From the NCBI GenBank assembly GCA_965200155.1, contig CBDATR010000010.1, positions 476,265 through 540,264 of the forward strand: 64,000 bases of DNA, written 5' to 3'. The position numbers and the translations under genes are program-made. Below are positions 61,586 to 64,000 of the stretch, in pieces (the stretch's first letter is position 1; each line of letters begins with the position of its first letter). This DNA is from Nitrosopumilaceae archaeon. GTDB lineage: Archaea; Thermoproteota; Nitrososphaeria; Nitrososphaerales; Nitrosopumilaceae. The notes under the pieces are model-generated. The model saw only the letters and a program-made list of their open reading frames with translations, was not told where the DNA came from and made no database searches.

Positions 61586-62500
61586 TTACTTTGACTCATT
61601 GAGCTTGGCAGCCAGCAGTATTGGTACCTCCATGGGTCTCATGGCTACCGGAATATTGGCCTTGGCAAACATGCTCATCTTGGATTCTGCGGAACCATAC
61701 GTGCCCATGACTATGGCACCGGCATGTCCCATCCTCTTCTCTTTTGGGGCAGCCCGGCCAGCTATATATGCCACTGCCGGTTTTGTATAATTGGTCTCTA
61801 TCATGCGCTGGGCCAGCATCTCTTCTGCATCTCCGCCTATTTCACCAACAATAACCAGTCCGCACAGGTTTGGAACATCCTTTACCATCTCAAACGCATC
61901 CAGCAGGCGGGTGCCATTTATGGGATCCCCTCCTATTCCCAGTGCTATGCACTGTCCAAACCCGGCAGCGCTCATGGCATCGGATATTTCGTATAGCAGT
62001 GTACCACTCTTTGATATTACGGCTACATCTCCCAGCTTAAATGGTGTGGGAGGCATTATTCCTATCTTTATTACATCCGGAATAAGTACTCCTGGCGTAT
62101 TTGGACCAATGACTATGGCATCTCTTGATTTTGCCTTCTCCAGTACCTCCAGCGTATCCCGGACCGGGACGTGTTCCGGTATGGCTACCAGCAGCTTGAT
62201 TCCTGCGTCCAGTGCCTCCATTGCGGCATTCTTGAAGAAACGGGCCGGGACAAACACAGCCGATATGACGGCTCCTGTAGCATCCACCGCCTCTTTCATT
62301 GTATTGTATATGGGTATGCCCTCAAAGGTCTGCCCGCCTTTCTTTGGTGTCACCCCTGCTACTATATTCGTCCCATAGGCAACCATGTTGCGCGTATGCA
62401 GGGAGCCATATGCACCGGTCATTCCCTGTATTATGACTCCTTTCTTGCGATAATCTGAGTCTGTTGAATCTCCCCTGAGTATGCGGAATACGTCTGGCAT
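61586..62500 (-). CDS. sucD: succinyl-CoA synthetase alpha subunit
   Basis: QGMTG, IGPNTPG, SKSGTL, GEIGG, RMGHAGA. Confidence 0.97.
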   Translation of the reverse strand: MPDVFRILRGDSTDSDYRKKGVIIQGMTGAYGSLHTRNMVAYGTNIVAGVTPKKGGQTFEGIPIYNTMKEAVDATGAVISAVFVPARFFKNAAMEALDAGIKLLVAIPEHVPVRDTLEVLEKAKSRDAIVIGPNTPGVLIPDVIKIGIMPPTPFKLGDVAVISKSGTLLYEISDAMSAAGFGQCIALGIGGDPINGTRLLDAFEMVKDVPNLCGLVIVGEIGGDAEEMLAQRMIETNYTKPAVAYIAGRAAPKEKRMGHAGAIVMGTYGSAESKMSMFAKANIPVAMRPMEVPILLAAKLNESK

Positions 62501-62504
62501 GATT

Positions 62505-63608
62505 CTATTTTGCCTCCTTTACCGCTGCGCTTATGGCGTCTTCTACCGTATCGTATAGTTGTGTCTTTGAATCAGCCAGCATGACCTTTGCCTTGTCCGA
62601 TTCGGCACCCTTAAGCCTGGCAAAGACTGGCAGATCTATCAGGTTGGAGTCGTATGCTTTTATGAATGCCGCGGCCACGGTGGTGGTTTTTACTATACCA
62701 CCATACAGGTTTACCAATATTCGTGTCACTCTGGGCATCTTACTTATGAGTGTGAGCGCAGTGTAAACTGATTCGGTGGTCGCCCCGCCCCCTACATCTA
62801 GGAAGCATGCTGGCCGACCGCCACTATCTGACAACATATCCAGCGTGGACATTACAAGCCCGGCACCATTTCCTACAACCGCGACGTTTCCATCAAGCTC
62901 CACTAGGGAGAATCCGCTCTTCTCTGCCATCTCCTCAATCTCTGATTCTTCCTTGTATGTGGCCAGTTCTGTATGTCTAAAGTTTGCATTATCGTCGGTT
63001 ATTATTTTACCATCTAGTGCTGCCAGGCTTCCATCTGACAGTATGGCTAGCGGGTTTATCTCTGCCAGCTCCACCTCCTTTTCAACTGCAAGCTTGGATA
63101 GTTTGCACAATATATCCACAAACTCGCCTGCATTACTGCCCTCCAATTCTATCTGTTGCGCAACTTGCTGTGCCACATCCTCGGATACATGGCCTAGCCC
63201 TACCTCGCGTATTGCCTGATTTTTAACCGACTCTATTTCTACGCCTCCCTCAGAGGACGCTATGATGGTGTAGCATCGCTGGGAACGATTCAGAAACAGT
63301 GAGAGGTACAACTCCTTTCTTATCTCTGCCATCTTCTCCAGCAGTATGGCGCGGGCGCTCTCTCCCTTTATCGTCATATTTCGTATTTGCTCATATTTTA
63401 TGCCCAGTTCATTGGGACCAGAACACTTTTGGATGCCGCCCGCCTTGCCCCTGCCTCCTACGGGCGCCTGAAATTTTATCACAAAAGGGTACCCCAGTTC
63501 TTGGGCGTGAATGCGGGCCTCTTTCAGACTCTTGGATGACTTGCCCGGTAACAAACGTATATCGTAATGCCGGAATATCTCTTTGGCCTGAAACTCCAAA
63601 AGTCTCAT
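62505..63608 (-). CDS. sucC: succinyl-CoA synthetase beta subunit
   Basis: LLEFQAK, GGRGKAGG, EINPL, NGAGL, FLDVGGG. Confidence 0.97.
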   Translation of the reverse strand: MRLLEFQAKEIFRHYDIRLLPGKSSKSLKEARIHAQELGYPFVIKFQAPVGGRGKAGGIQKCSGPNELGIKYEQIRNMTIKGESARAILLEKMAEIRKELYLSLFLNRSQRCYTIIASSEGGVEIESVKNQAIREVGLGHVSEDVAQQVAQQIELEGSNAGEFVDILCKLSKLAVEKEVELAEINPLAILSDGSLAALDGKIITDDNANFRHTELATYKEESEIEEMAEKSGFSLVELDGNVAVVGNGAGLVMSTLDMLSDSGGRPACFLDVGGGATTESVYTALTLISKMPRVTRILVNLYGGIVKTTTVAAAFIKAYDSNLIDLPVFARLKGAESDKAKVMLADSKTQLYDTVEDAISAAVKEAK

Positions 63609-63657
63609 GCCGCTTTCGTTACATTTGTGACTTATTAATCATGGTGAATCCATCGAC

Positions 63658-63826
63658 GTAACCGTTTAGACCACTCTTTCATATGTGCCACCAGGAGACT
63701 AAATCTTTACATCGCTTGCATAACAGTATGGCATACGCTAGGGCCGGCGAGGAACCACTCCCTACTACTTTGGTATATGCTTATCAATATGAACATGCTT
63801 CAATCTAGGGCAATCTAAATTATTAC
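63658..63826. mobile_element. old IS66-type MITE (~170 bp family)
   Basis: gtaaccgtttagaccac...ctaaattattac; similar to 56820-57100. Confidence 0.7.
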
Positions 63827-64000
63827 AGATGATTAGCCTACTCTGCGTACTCATTCTCTGATAAATCAGGGGAGCAGTCCCGTTCCAGTCTGACCATCAA
63901 GTCTAGAAACCGTCCTGGACTCTTTCTGAGAAGTATTGAGGGATACTCGTCTATGGGATACGCGTCCTGGTGTACAAAACTTGGGGGGATGGGACCGCCA

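Noticed and set aside
63838-64000. Possible C-terminus of a minus-strand gene entering from the window edge (...DLSENEYAE*)
   Set aside because: Too short to identify or support

Overview
Archaeal chromosome segment, most consistent with a Nitrososphaerota (Thaumarchaeota) ammonia oxidiser. A host-associated lineage such as a sponge symbiont is an inference from the repeat load and the FN3 gene. The backbone is housekeeping: MCM/MeaB, a GDGT-ring-synthase-like radical SAM enzyme, RNAP subunits, ribosomal proteins, two tRNA-splicing endonuclease subunits, cofC/cofD, class I LysRS, Elp3, sucCD, 5S rRNA and three tRNAs, two of them with introns. The intergenic space is overrun by mobile DNA. (i) About 26 near-identical copies of a 92-bp MITE (ends GTATGAGTTCAC, 8-bp TSDs), which also moves as composite transposons carrying captured DNA. 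(ii) Older GTAACCGTTTAG-ended IS66-type MITEs. (iii) Defective IS481 copies, two with 15-16 bp TSDs. (iv) An IS5/ISL2 (Harbinger-like DDE) element with the only intact transposase in the window. (v) IS66, IS903-group and TnpB remnants. Many of these are nested. No cas genes are present; a two-unit CRISPR-like 40-bp repeat follows tRNA-Arg. All calls come from reading the sequence; no database searches were run.
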